Shown: positions 33,015 to 43,745 of the stretch, piece after piece
Numbering within the stretch: the first letter of the stretch is position 1
Layout of the letters: every line of letters begins with the position of its first letter
Assembly (NCBI GenBank): GCA_019359535.1
Contig: JAHHHE010000003.1
Coordinates: forward strand, 3,109 to 67,108
DNA: 64,000 bases
Origin: Gloeocapsa sp. UFS-A4-WI-NPMV-4B04
GTDB lineage: Bacteria; Cyanobacteriota; Cyanobacteriia; Cyanobacteriales; Chroococcidiopsidaceae
Direction: 5' to 3'
Notes under the pieces: generated by a model
What the model was told of the DNA's origin: nothing
The model's input: only the letters and a program-made list of their open reading frames with translations
The model's database searches: none
Made by a program: the position numbers and the translations under genes

Positions 33015-35129
33015 TTATGTATCAACAGGTATTGTTGGAGGTGTGGAACCAACTTCTTCTATACTCCAATCTGATTCAGAGATACCCACTGCTGTTAAAA
33101 GACGACGACAAAAACTTACGTGACCTTTTGCCGAATTATTTTGAAGAACCCAAATACCATTTGATAATTGATACCAGTGTTTAGGATACCTTTTACCCTC
33201 AATATTATCGTATAAATAAGTTCCTAATATCTGTCGTGCTTTTTCAAAATATTGTGGACGATTTTTTATTACCCACTCCGTTGTTAATTTCATTAATTGC
33301 AGCCATGTTTTGTCTGGTACAACAATTGTTTCGCCACAAATTGTAACTACCTTTGGTATTCCATATGATTTGGTGTCTATTAGTGGAGGTTCTCCAATAG
33401 CAGACCAAATCTCTAAAAACTTTTCGGTTAGAAAATTAGCACGTTCTATAATAGACTCTTCATTCCATTGCTCAATATTTTGAGAAAAATATTCATTGTT
33501 GAGCTTTAAAGCATGATTCGCTAAAATCTCCTTTTTTGTTAAAAATGGTGCATTAGAAAGAGCTGAGTTCCACTCTTGGGTAACTAAAGTTAAATTTCCA
33601 AGAGTATGTAAATAACTTTGATATGTTTGTTCTAGTTTGTCTCCTAGTAAAGTTTTCCAATCTTCACTAGGTGTTTGCGGTAATATATGCTCAATAGTTG
33701 GCTCATTATCAAGAACACCAAATCCACCTGTACCTTTTGAAATATGACGATTAATCGTTTCTAAAATTAAACATAGTTTTTGCCTACTAGGATTACCATA
33801 TAATTTAGCTGTTTGAATAGCTTGTTTAATGCTGCGGTCTGGTGGATAACCTTTAGTCAATAAAACTTTTGTCAGCGCTTCCTTAAAAGGTAGCTCATTG
33901 GTCATTTCAGTAGTAATGTCATGCCAAAAAGTTGGAAATATCTTATTTAAGTAATTAGTAGGCTCACTGCAAACAAAACGTCGCACTATGTAGTTTTCTA
34001 ATACCTTAAATAAATGTAGTAAATCATCAAAACTTATTTGTTTAGATTCATAAGCATCGTAAGCCATAAGTAAGAAAGGATAAGTTGTTTGAATATCTAA
34101 TGTATTGAGGCGTTTAAGAGCTTCTTTGATATCCTTGTTTTGCTCATTTTCTGGTCGCAGCAACTTGTCTTAATACTCAGCAAAACGACGCAAATTCGCT
34201 ATTTCTTCAATAAATGCCTGAGTAGTAAACTCTTTCTCAAGGCGATCGCGAAAACGAGCATATATATGTTCTTCACTGCAAAGCACCCTCGAACACATAG
34301 CCAAGTAATGGCGAATAAAAGCTGTTAATTCACCAAGACGTGACTTGCCAACTGTACGTTTTTCCTGAAGTAAATTTTCAATCTTTTCCCATTGAGTTGT
34401 AAAGACACTTGCTTGTTGTGCTACGGGTAGCTTCATCGCAATGTAATTACGTACTAAATCTGCCTGCGATAAGCTTTTACCTTTAGCATTCAAACTTTCA
34501 AATATTTTATAAGGACTCTCATCATGGCTAAGATTGATAAATACAACTTGAAAACAGTTGGACAATACAATGAAAAATTGCTCAGGTATTACCTCAGAAA
34601 TATCAATTTTTCGTTTTAGCTCTTTACTAGAATAAGCATGGGCGCTAGGTATATTAGATTCAGTAGTAGTGATAACTTCTCCTAAAATAACTTTGGTGTA
34701 TAAATCGCGATCGCCATATTTAGTAGTTGGTAAGAGCTTAAAATGTACGTTTCCATCCTCATCAGCATTAACGAGCATTCGTTGAATTCTTCTTGCCAGA
34801 CCTGGATGAGTCTCTTGTACAATGTCACGTAATGCACAAAATAAAAGCGAAATAGTTGTCAAACGCTGCTGACCATCTACAACTTTAAAAGCAGGAATTA
34901 CACCATTAATTGTTCCGTCATTGATAACAACTAATGAACCTAGAAAATGCTCTGGCTCTTTTTCTGGTTGATATTCTTCATAAATGGCAAGTGCATCATT
35001 GAGCAGCGTTTCCCAGTTACTTTTTCCCCAACTATATTCGCGTTGAAAGTGGGGCAAGACATAATGAATATCTCCACCACCACTAAAAACAGTTGATATT
35101 TTGAGACTATCTGCTTTCATTTCATCCAA
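33015..35129 (-). pseudogene. GmrSD-like DUF262 + DUF1524 (His-Me finger) enzyme split by an in-frame TAA at 34170..34172
   Basis: The N-terminal half carries FQREYSW and DGQQRLTT (DUF262). The C-terminal half carries TIEHILPQ...LGNLTLV...N (DUF1524). The junction reads ...RRFAEY*DKLLRPENEQ in a single frame. Confidence 0.75.
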
Positions 35130-35427
35130 CTCCTAGCTAGGGGCGTTCAAGTGCATCTGCACAATGCTATCCTTCAATTGTTGGATTTGGCATCTGGCTA
35201 AAATAGTGTGTACGCAGGTTAAAAATTACTATCTTGATGTAGAAAGCTCAATTACTATTAGATGCGCTGATAGAGTCAGAGTAGAGCGATCGCACTCCTA
35301 ATCCAAGAAATTCTTATCAGTAAGCTTTAGCATAGTATTAACATCAAAGATATTCACGAGTTAGTGCTTTATTCCAAAAGCCTATTGTTACCTGTATCAA
35401 AAAGTTAATTGGATTTAGAATCAAGTT

Positions 35428-35991
35428 ATGTCTGAAAATTTAAATCATCACAAAAGCTGGACTAGCCTAAAAAAGCGTCGGGATTTTTGCAAGTATATGG
35501 TTGGCGGTGCGATCGCTTCCACTGGCATAGGATACCTATTTCCCCAACGTAGCCAAAGTCAGGAAAACCTAGAAAATTTCTGCTCTTCGTACCCCTTAAA
35601 TTCGCGCTGTGAGAATTATCTACCAGGCGTAAGCGCAACAGATGAAAATGAACAACTCATTCAAGTTAATAAACTCCTAGCTAGTGCAACTCTAGGAGAT
35701 CGGATTCCTGTCAGGGGATTGACACGCCCGAAAGTTACTTACCTCGTGATTAACGAAGGGCCTGAAATTGCTCAATATGCCATTAGTTCTATCTGTACTC
35801 ACTTCGGATGTACAGTTAATTGGGATGCCGAAAGTAATAAGTTTAATTGCCCTTGTCATGGCTCACAATATGATTCTCAAGGGCAGGTAGTTCGTGGCCC
35901 TGCTAAACGCTCTTTAGCACTGCTACCAGTAGTAGTTAAGCAAAATCAAGTGCGGTTGGTTAATCGTAAGCTTGAGCGCGAACCTCGCTAG
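35428..35991 (+). CDS. Rieske [2Fe-2S] protein (PetC-like paralogue) with a Tat-type signal
   Basis: Cluster ligands are CTHFGC and CPCHGSQY. The N-terminal KKRRDFCKY is a twin-arginine motif. Confidence 0.85.
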   Translation: MSENLNHHKSWTSLKKRRDFCKYMVGGAIASTGIGYLFPQRSQSQENLENFCSSYPLNSRCENYLPGVSATDENEQLIQVNKLLASATLGDRIPVRGLTRPKVTYLVINEGPEIAQYAISSICTHFGCTVNWDAESNKFNCPCHGSQYDSQGQVVRGPAKRSLALLPVVVKQNQVRLVNRKLEREPR

Positions 35992-36000
35992 CTTTAGGCA

Positions 36001-36978
36001 TTAAGTACCAGATGGTTGAAAGGGCGTGTACTTTCCGCCCAGTGCTTCGACTATTGTGCGCGTATTGGAAACTACCATTTTGATGTAAGAATCTCCGTCA
36101 CTACCAGGTGCGCCGATTGAGTCGGAATAAAGCGATCGCGGTGCTAACTTTGCCCCTGATTCCCCAGCCACTGTTTTAATTAGTGCGGGATTAATCGTAG
36201 TTTCTGCAAAAATCGCTGGAACTTTAGTTGATTTGATTGAATCCGACAGTTTTTTCACTGTTTGAGCGCTTGGTTGCTCTTCGGTGCTAATGCCAATTAA
36301 AGTTCCAAAAACGTCCAGTCCATAAGCGTTAGCATAATATTGAAATGCGTCGTGTGTAGTCACAAGTTTGCGCTTGTCCGCCGGAATAGTTTGAATCTGT
36401 TGAGCAGTCCAAGTGTCTAGCTGCTTTAATTGTTGGTTGAATTTGGCTGCATTTTGTGTAAATTCCTCGGTGTCTGCTGGCGATAATTCAATTAAGGCAT
36501 CTCGAATCGCATTTACCATTGCGATCGCATTTTCCACATCGCCCCAAACGTGCGGATCTGGTACTATTTCCCCTGCTTTATCTAACTGCAAAGGCTTCAC
36601 CACTTCCCCCACAGGCACTTTCCGCGCCTTAATTCCAGCAGCGTTCATCAGCTTAATCAGCCCTGGTTCTAGGTTATAGCCGTTGTACAAGATTAAATCT
36701 GCTTTCTCGAAGGCAATACTATCTTTTGGCACTGGTTCGTAAACGTGCGGATCTGCTCCTGGTTGCAAAATTCCTGTTAGTTCAATTTCATCCCCGGCTA
36801 TCTGTACTGTCCAATCATTAATTACCGTACTGGTTGAAACTACGTTTGGTTTGGTATCAACTCCAGAATTAGCACTATTGTCTAGGGTGCTACACGCACT
36901 TAGCCACAATCCGAGTAATATTCCAACTACCGCTTGTAAGTTGTAGTTTCTGCCTTGCGACGGAGCGATCGCTTTCAT
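36001..36978 (-). CDS. Metal (Mn/Zn) ABC transporter substrate-binding lipoprotein (TroA/MntC/ZnuA family)
   Basis: A lipobox (LSACS) and metal-ligand contexts DPHVYE and DPHVW. Confidence 0.85.
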   Translation of the reverse strand: MKAIAPSQGRNYNLQAVVGILLGLWLSACSTLDNSANSGVDTKPNVVSTSTVINDWTVQIAGDEIELTGILQPGADPHVYEPVPKDSIAFEKADLILYNGYNLEPGLIKLMNAAGIKARKVPVGEVVKPLQLDKAGEIVPDPHVWGDVENAIAMVNAIRDALIELSPADTEEFTQNAAKFNQQLKQLDTWTAQQIQTIPADKRKLVTTHDAFQYYANAYGLDVFGTLIGISTEEQPSAQTVKKLSDSIKSTKVPAIFAETTINPALIKTVAGESGAKLAPRSLYSDSIGAPGSDGDSYIKMVVSNTRTIVEALGGKYTPFQPSGT

Positions 36979-37132
36979 ACGCTTGATACATTTGTTTTCA
37001 TATTGTTCTCATTTTTGAGCTTATACTGTTTTCATATTTCTTTCATTTTTAGAACAATAATCCTTACCCTAGAGATTAAAGGTGAGGAAGAATACCGTAT
37101 CCTTCGCCGCTAATACAGATCAACCCGCTTAA

Positions 37133-37894
37133 GTGTTAAAGAAAAATTCTATGGACTCCAACACGGCAATTACAGTTAGTCATCTGGAAGTACAGTATCG
37201 CAATGTAGTCGCCCTAGAGGATGTAAATTTAGTTATGCGATCGGGCGGGATAACAGGCATTATTGGCCCCAACGGTGCTGGCAAAAGCACTTTAATTAAA
37301 GCAATGCTGGGGCTAACTCCTGTGACGAATGGCATTGTTTTATATCAAGGCAAACCGCTAATGAACCAACTTGATAAAGTTGCCTATGTGCCACAGCGAT
37401 CGCAAATTGATTGGAGTTACCCAGCAACGGTGTGGGATGTAGTGCTAATGGGAAGAGTGAGAAAGTCAGGCTGGTTTCGCCGCTTTTCCAGTGTAAGTCG
37501 TCAAATGGCTGCTGCTGCACTAGAGCGGGTGGGAATGAGCGATTATCGCGATCGCTCGATTGGGCAATTGTCAGGAGGACAACAACAGCGAGTATTTATC
37601 GCTCGTGCTTTAGCCGAAGAAGCCGAGATTTTTTGCTTTGATGAACCTCTGGCTGGAATTGATAAAAAAACCGAAGCTGTAATTTTTGATATTTTTCACG
37701 AACTAGCAAACGCTGGCAAAATTGTATTAGTCGTTAACCACGATCTCGGCAAAGCGATTACCCACTTTAATGACTTAATTTTGCTAAATACCGAGTTAAT
37801 TGCCAGTGGTTCTCGCGCCTCGGTCTTGAAGCCAGAAAACATGAATCGTGCATATCGAGGACAGGTAGTCTTCTTTGAGGGAGAAGCTGCCTAA
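37133..37894 (+). CDS. Metal ABC transporter ATP-binding protein
   Basis: Walker A GPNGAGKST, signature LSGGQQQR and Walker B FCFDEP. The start could alternatively be 37151. Confidence 0.88.
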   Translation: MLKKNSMDSNTAITVSHLEVQYRNVVALEDVNLVMRSGGITGIIGPNGAGKSTLIKAMLGLTPVTNGIVLYQGKPLMNQLDKVAYVPQRSQIDWSYPATVWDVVLMGRVRKSGWFRRFSSVSRQMAAAALERVGMSDYRDRSIGQLSGGQQQRVFIARALAEEAEIFCFDEPLAGIDKKTEAVIFDIFHELANAGKIVLVVNHDLGKAITHFNDLILLNTELIASGSRASVLKPENMNRAYRGQVVFFEGEAA

Positions 37895-38790
37895 TGCTAC
37901 AAGCCTTGATTGAACCGTTGCAATACAGTTTTATGCAGCGATCCTTAGTAATTGCAGTTTTAGTAGGTATTGTATGTGCGATCGTTGGTAGCTATTTGAT
38001 GGTGCAGCGATTGGCTTTACTGGGAGATGCGATCAGTCATTCTGTATTGCCGGGACTTGCGATCGCATTTATGATCGGGGCAGATATTTTTGTCGGTGCG
38101 TTTATTGCTGGCGTTCTCAGTACAGTTGTAATTACTTTCATTCGGACGCGATCGCCAATTAAAGAAGATGCGGCAATGGGTATTGTTTTTTCTGCCTTTT
38201 TTGCCTTAGGTATTACCTTAATTACAATTATTCAAAAAGACAATAAAATTGACCTTAATCACTTTCTATTCGGCAACATTCTCGGTGTCACTGCTGAAGA
38301 AGTCCGAAACACAGCAATTATTTCAATTGTTGTTGTAACTGTAGTTGTGCTGTTGTATAAAGAACTGCTATTTTACACCTTTGATCCATTAGGCGCTCAG
38401 GCTGCGGGATTACCAGTAAATCTGCTTAACTTTGGTTTGATGGTATTGATTGCGCTAACGATTGTGGCTAGTCTTACGGCAGTCGGTGTAATTCTAGTTT
38501 TAGCTTTATTGATCACGCCAGGGGCAACGGCATATTTACTCGTAAAGCGACTTAACCAAATGATGATTTTAGGGGCAGCGATTGGTATTGTAGCTAGCAT
38601 TAGCGGTATGTACATTAGCTACTTTTTTAATTTACCATCTGGTCCAGCCATTGTATTAGTCACGTCAGGTTTTTTTACATTGGCGCTATTATTTAGCCCC
38701 AGTCAAGGAATACTCACTTATCCACAGTCAAGTTCTGGTGTTTTCCCCGTGTGGAGAGAGTTAAAAAGCCTCATGCGAATAAAAAATTAA
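37894..38790 (+). CDS. Metal ABC transporter permease
   Basis: A multi-pass membrane protein. Its start overlaps the stop of the ATPase gene. Confidence 0.88.
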   Translation: MLQALIEPLQYSFMQRSLVIAVLVGIVCAIVGSYLMVQRLALLGDAISHSVLPGLAIAFMIGADIFVGAFIAGVLSTVVITFIRTRSPIKEDAAMGIVFSAFFALGITLITIIQKDNKIDLNHFLFGNILGVTAEEVRNTAIISIVVVTVVVLLYKELLFYTFDPLGAQAAGLPVNLLNFGLMVLIALTIVASLTAVGVILVLALLITPGATAYLLVKRLNQMMILGAAIGIVASISGMYISYFFNLPSGPAIVLVTSGFFTLALLFSPSQGILTYPQSSSGVFPVWRELKSLMRIKN

Positions 38791-38945
38791 TAATTTAATC
38801 CGCATTTTTCTCTAGTTGAAATACTTATTAAAATTCCCGTTTGTGAATTAGTAGCAGTCTCTTTATCTGTTGCATAAAGTAGGATTCCAATTATTACTTC
38901 CTTTAATAAAAGTTAAAATAGAGAAAAAAACGTAACTGTGGAACT

Positions 38946-39296
38946 ATGAAACTCCAAATTTTAGCAACAGCTGTTCTATTATCGACTTTTAACTTAATTG
39001 CGCCTGTCAAAGCTCAAGAACCAGGAGCAGTATCGCCATCAGCACCTAGTATTCAAACTCAACCAACACGCGATCAAGTTGCTAATGCCTGTATCCAAAA
39101 CCAGGCAGAAACATTACCATTGCCCTTTAGCGATGTATCACCAAACCACTGGGCTTTTAAAGCAGTAATGACAATGCATTATTGCGGGGCTTTCCGCGAG
39201 GCAGCACCACCAACTCTGTTTCAACAAGTTGAACCAACACAGAGCCAGCAGCAATCCCCAACAGAAAGCCAACCGCAAGTTTTCTCACCTTCCTAA
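38946..39296 (+). CDS. Secreted hypothetical protein
   Basis: A signal peptide ending in VKAQEP, with a Q/P-rich tail. Confidence 0.45.
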   Translation: MKLQILATAVLLSTFNLIAPVKAQEPGAVSPSAPSIQTQPTRDQVANACIQNQAETLPLPFSDVSPNHWAFKAVMTMHYCGAFREAAPPTLFQQVEPTQSQQQSPTESQPQVFSPS

Positions 39297-39318
39297 ACTA
39301 AATTTAGGATCTAGGAGT

Positions 39319-40092
39319 CTAGGCAGCAACTAAATCAGGCTCAGGGGTTTGTGTACCTTCCTCAGACATTTCGGCTGGAACACCATCCTGCACTAGCGAG
39401 GGCGGTTTGCCACTACGCTGCATTAGACCTCCAACCATTGCCAGCATTGCGTTTACCTTTCGGGTGCGCCACTCATCAACGAGTTTCTGCACTTCGGTAG
39501 CAGACATACGCCGGGTCATTGCTTCATAAAGATAGCCAGCATGACCCGTTTCATCACTAGCGATGCTCAACATTCCTTTTTTGAGGTTGCGGCTGGTTGG
39601 CTCATCCTCTGGTAGTACGTTCGCCATCCGCGCAAAGTCTTTGCTGGCATCTAGCTCCAAAATATAGGTGCTAGCCATAAACATAGTCCAGTCAATGGCA
39701 TCAGGTTTAAGTTGCTCTGGCGAATAGCCCTCGAAGTAAGCGTCAAAGAAAGGGCTACGCTGCCGTTCATCTGGCTTATCGTCCTTTTTAGGTTTGGGCA
39801 GACTCTTGAAGTCAATTACTTGTTTGTTCAGCTGTTTGAGGGCGTGAGCAAAGATTTGACCATGCCGATTTTCATCTGCTGCGTGTTTTGCGAGTTTCTC
39901 GGCAAGCCAAGTATCGCCTTCTGCGGCTGCGCGTTGACTGAGTGCTGACAAAAAAGGAACAGAACCAGATTCTGCTAGCTGGAAGCCAGCAAGGATATTA
40001 GGGCGCGTGAGGGGATCGCGGATTTGAGTGGCGGTGAAGTATGCCACAGCACTTGAGCCGACTAAATGCAGAACGTGAGTAAAAAAGTTCAT
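39319..40092 (-). CDS. Ferritin-like (di-iron carboxylate) domain protein
   Basis: Two ExxH motifs (DENRH and DETGH) in helical contexts. I prefer the MNFFTHV start. Confidence 0.5.
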   Translation of the reverse strand: MNFFTHVLHLVGSSAVAYFTATQIRDPLTRPNILAGFQLAESGSVPFLSALSQRAAAEGDTWLAEKLAKHAADENRHGQIFAHALKQLNKQVIDFKSLPKPKKDDKPDERQRSPFFDAYFEGYSPEQLKPDAIDWTMFMASTYILELDASKDFARMANVLPEDEPTSRNLKKGMLSIASDETGHAGYLYEAMTRRMSATEVQKLVDEWRTRKVNAMLAMVGGLMQRSGKPPSLVQDGVPAEMSEEGTQTPEPDLVAA

Positions 40093-40216
40093 TGTGCAGT
40101 GTGTGAGAAGTTTACACAACTTAATCCTAGACTTTTATTTTGGATGATGGCTGCTGAATTATCTGGTAGAGTGCGGAATAGATTTATGGTGCTAATACTC
40201 AAGGAGTTGCAGTGGT

Positions 40217-40771
40217 GTGATAATTAAGCGATCGCTGATCTGCCTTACTACAGCCGTACTCATTTTTGGTTTGATTGGCTGTCAAATATTTAGACCTGCT
40301 CAATACACGGTAAAACGAGTTAGTGACGGCGACACCTTGACGGTAAGCGATCCCCAAGGGACAGATATTAAAGTGCGCTTCGCTTGTGTTGATGCGCCGG
40401 AAGTGCCGCATACGGCTAAGGAAAGAGCAAGTAAAAGAGCAGTTGTGCGCGCTCAGTTTCAGTGGGGTATGCAAGCTCAAAATCGCGTTCAGCAGCTAGT
40501 TAAGCAAGGAGGCGAGCGCGTGAATTTAATCATTACTGATAGCGATCGCTATGGTCGTAAAGTTAGTGAGGTACGCCTGAGCGATGGTACTTTGATTCAA
40601 GAAGTGTTGGTACGTGAGGGACTGGCGCTGGTTTACCGCCCTTATCTAAAAGATTGTCCCAGTGCTGCGATCGTCGAGCAAGCAGAAGCTGAAGCTAAAC
40701 AACAACAGCGAGGTGTGTGGAGTTATCCTAAATTTCTCCAGCCTTGGGAGTATCGCAAGCGCAATAAGTAG
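40217..40771 (+). CDS. Thermonuclease (staphylococcal-nuclease-like) lipoprotein
   Basis: A lipobox (LIGC) plus DGDTLTV...RFACVDAPE...DRYGRKV. Confidence 0.85.
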   Translation: MIIKRSLICLTTAVLIFGLIGCQIFRPAQYTVKRVSDGDTLTVSDPQGTDIKVRFACVDAPEVPHTAKERASKRAVVRAQFQWGMQAQNRVQQLVKQGGERVNLIITDSDRYGRKVSEVRLSDGTLIQEVLVREGLALVYRPYLKDCPSAAIVEQAEAEAKQQQRGVWSYPKFLQPWEYRKRNK

Positions 40772-40866
40772 ACCTAAGCTTGTATTTAATAGTTGCTTTA
40801 AAATTACTTTTTAATTGCCAAGCGGTGCGAATTTTAGGTTTCTTGCACTATACGCTTGCGTCAATT

Positions 40867-40920
40867 AATGATATTATTAGATAATAGGAATCTGTGCTTT
40901 TTTAAAATTTAAGTCAATAT
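40867..40920. repeat. Copy 1 of a ~54-nt intergenic direct repeat
   Basis: AATGATATTATTAGATAATAGGAATCTGTGCTTTTTTAAAATTTAAGTCAATAT. Confidence 0.7.
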
Positions 40921-41029
40921 TTCCATTATCCAGTAAATTATCTCATAATCAACCGTCAAATGCAAGTCTAAGTAATTAAAAATCTTAATTAATAAAAATT
41001 AGTTCTCTTTGACTTAGATAATGGTATTA

Positions 41030-41083
41030 TTAGATAATAGAAACCTGTGGTTTTTTAAAATTTGAGTCAGTGTCTCGATTATA
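41030..41083. repeat. Copy 2 of a ~54-nt intergenic direct repeat
   Basis: AATGGTATTATTAGATAATAGAAACCTGTGGTTTTTTAAAATTTGAGTCAGTGT. It differs from copy 1 at 7 positions. Confidence 0.7.
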
Positions 41084-41173
41084 AAATAGATTATTCCATA
41101 AATAAGAATAAAGTGCAAGGGCTACAAAAAAATTGCTGATTTTTAATAGCATGAGTATTAAAAAAGAACAATA

Positions 41174-42700
41174 CTAATAAGATTTACGTTTGCGTTTGAT
41201 AGGATTGAACCACTGTTCTAAGCGACTAAACACTTGTGAAGAAAGTAGAGTTAGGCATAAGTAGATTACAGCAACAGCAAAGTAAAGTTCAAACGCCCGA
41301 TAGTTTTCAGCAACAATTAATTGTGCTTCACGGAACAACTCTTCAAAGCCAATTACAGCAACTAAACTGGTATCTTTCAGCAGGCTAATAAACTCATTAC
41401 CCAAAGGTGGCAGCATTCGTCGCAATGCTTGTGGGAAAATAACATAGCGCATTGTTGCTACTGAACTTAAGCCTAGTGATTGGGCAGCTTCAGATTGTCC
41501 TGAATCTATTGATTCAATCCCTGCACGGACAATTTCAGCAATGTAGGCGGCGCTATTAAGACTTAATGCGATTACTGCTGCTGTCAGACGATTTAGGTTA
41601 AAAGGAAAACCTAATTCTTGGAAAAGTGCAGGTAATCCGAAATAAATCATGAAAATCTGCACTAATAAAGGTGTTCCCCGGAAAAAGTCTATATACGCTC
41701 TAGCAGCCCAGCGTAGAGGTAAAGCACGAGAAAGGCGAACAATGCCAATGAGTGAACCTCCAATCATGCCTAGTACGACGGAAAATGCTGTTAGTTGCAG
41801 TGTTACTAAAGCCCCACTTAACAGCAAAGGCAGAGATTTTAAAATTGTGTTCAGTGAATTAAATAACGGAAATCCACTAGATGTAGTTTGGTTTTCAATT
41901 GGGGATTTTTCTGGTAATTGTGGCGGTTGGGCATTAAACCATTTTTGATAAATTTGGGTGTAAGTACCGTTGTTTAGGATTGTTGCCAACCCTTGATTAA
42001 TCAATGGTAAGTTTGGCGAACCTTTGGGTGTGGGAATACCAAAATACTCTTCTGTTAATAAATTACTAACAACTTTGATTCCCTGGACATTGCCTGTTTT
42101 AATTGCATATAAAATTACAGGCTGATCGTGAACAATGGCATCTACATTGCCATTAATTAATTCTTGTAAAGCTGTAGGGGCATCATCAAAAGAGCGAATT
42201 TTAGCCCCAGGAATACTAGAGGCTTGTTTAGCGCCCGTTGTACCAATTTGAACGGCAATATTTTTATTTTTAAGACTGTCTAAGTTAGAAATATTTTGAT
42301 TTTCTGTACGAGTAGCTATAGCTAGTCCTGATTTAAAATAAGGTCTAGAAAACGAAATAGTCTTCGCTCGTTCTGCTGTAATTGTCATCGCCGCAACTGC
42401 CGCATCTACAGTTTGCGCTTGTAAAGCGGGAATCATCCCCGCAAAAGGCATCTGTTGAAACTTGACTTGGAAGCCTGAAGCAGCACCAATCGCCTTAATC
42501 AAGTCAATGTCAAAACCCACCAACTCGCCCTGATCTGTTTGAAACTCGAAAGGCGGATATGTCGCTTCTGCTGCAACTGTAAGCGTTTTACCAGCACCGC
42601 TAGAGACAGAATTGAAACTACAACCCGCTAGTAAAAGCAGACAGCTTAAACTCAGTACAAGACTAAGACGCAGCCAACGGATAACAGTTAATCTAGCCAT
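41174..42700 (-). CDS. Amino-acid ABC transporter, fused substrate-binding and permease protein
   Basis: A lipoprotein signal (LLLAGCS), then a family-3 substrate-binding domain, then a His/Glu/Gln/Arg-type permease domain. The track start is 42745. Confidence 0.85.
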   Translation of the reverse strand: MARLTVIRWLRLSLVLSLSCLLLLAGCSFNSVSSGAGKTLTVAAEATYPPFEFQTDQGELVGFDIDLIKAIGAASGFQVKFQQMPFAGMIPALQAQTVDAAVAAMTITAERAKTISFSRPYFKSGLAIATRTENQNISNLDSLKNKNIAVQIGTTGAKQASSIPGAKIRSFDDAPTALQELINGNVDAIVHDQPVILYAIKTGNVQGIKVVSNLLTEEYFGIPTPKGSPNLPLINQGLATILNNGTYTQIYQKWFNAQPPQLPEKSPIENQTTSSGFPLFNSLNTILKSLPLLLSGALVTLQLTAFSVVLGMIGGSLIGIVRLSRALPLRWAARAYIDFFRGTPLLVQIFMIYFGLPALFQELGFPFNLNRLTAAVIALSLNSAAYIAEIVRAGIESIDSGQSEAAQSLGLSSVATMRYVIFPQALRRMLPPLGNEFISLLKDTSLVAVIGFEELFREAQLIVAENYRAFELYFAVAVIYLCLTLLSSQVFSRLEQWFNPIKRKRKSY

Positions 42701-42934
42701 ATTCGTTCTCTCATCTTCCCTTTCAAAGTCTGGGCGATTTATCAAAGACGCTAAAATTTCTATAACTCACCTAGATGTACACCAGACTACAATCAACTGT
42801 AATGCAGCCCAAGCAAAACTCCTTGATTGGAATAAAATAAGCTGTCCTACATCTAACCAAGCTTACAGGAAACAGCCTTCAGACGAAGCTGACACTAAAT
42901 TTTATTATTGTTGAGTTTTGACTTTTAGCTACTT

Positions 42935-43699
42935 ATGGACACTTCTACCCCTGCGATCACTTTTGAAAATATTGAAAAAAACTTTGGTTCTCTCAAGGTA
43001 CTAAAAGGAATCAGTGGTGAAATTAATAGAGGAGAAGTAGTTGCAGTTATTGGTTCTTCAGGGTGTGGCAAAAGTACCCTGTTGCGCTGCTTCAACCGCT
43101 TAGAAGCAATTGATGGTGGGCGTTTGGTAGTTAATAATATCAACTTATCAAAGCAAACCCTTAACTATAAACAACTGCGGGAACTACGGACACAAGTAGG
43201 CATGGTTTTCCAGCAGTTTAATCTGTTTCCGCATCTGAGTGTGTTGGAAAACCTCACACTTGCTCAGTGTAAAGTGTTGGGCAAAACTCGTAAAGAAGGT
43301 GCGCTCCTAGCGGGTTTTTATCTCGAAAAAGTCGGCGTGTTTGATAAAGCTTCTGCTTATCCAGAACAACTTTCTGGAGGACAAAAACAACGAGTAGCGA
43401 TCGCCCGTAGTTTATGTATGAATCCCCAGATTATGCTATTTGATGAACCAACCAGCGCTTTAGATCCCGAACTCGTAGGCGAAGTCTTGGCGGTAATGCA
43501 GCAGCTAGCAGCCGACGACGGGATGACGATGGTAGTTGTCACCCATGAAATGCAGTTTGCCCGTGAAGTAGCCCATCGGGTAATGTTTATGGATCAAGGG
43601 CAAGTAGTAGAACAAGGTTCAGCGCGTGAAGTTCTCACGCATCCGCAAAGCGATCGCCTGCAAACATTCCTCCGTCGCTTGAATGCTAGAGATTTGTAA
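42935..43699 (+). CDS. Amino-acid ABC transporter ATP-binding protein (GlnQ-like)
   Basis: Walker [10 protein letters not shown], signature LSGGQKQR and Walker [12 protein letters not shown]. Confidence 0.9.
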   Translation: MDTSTPAITFENIEKNFGSLKVLKGISGEINRGEVVAVIGSSGCGKSTLLRCFNRLEAIDGGRLVVNNINLSKQTLNYKQLRELRTQVGMVFQQFNLFPHLSVLENLTLAQCKVLGKTRKEGALLAGFYLEKVGVFDKASAYPEQLSGGQKQRVAIARSLCMNPQIMLFDEPTSALDPELVGEVLAVMQQLAADDGMTMVVVTHEMQFAREVAHRVMFMDQGQVVEQGSAREVLTHPQSDRLQTFLRRLNARDL

Positions 43700-43745
43700 G
43701 TATTAGGCAAAAAAAGCGATCGCACTCCTTTTTAAATTAATTTTC

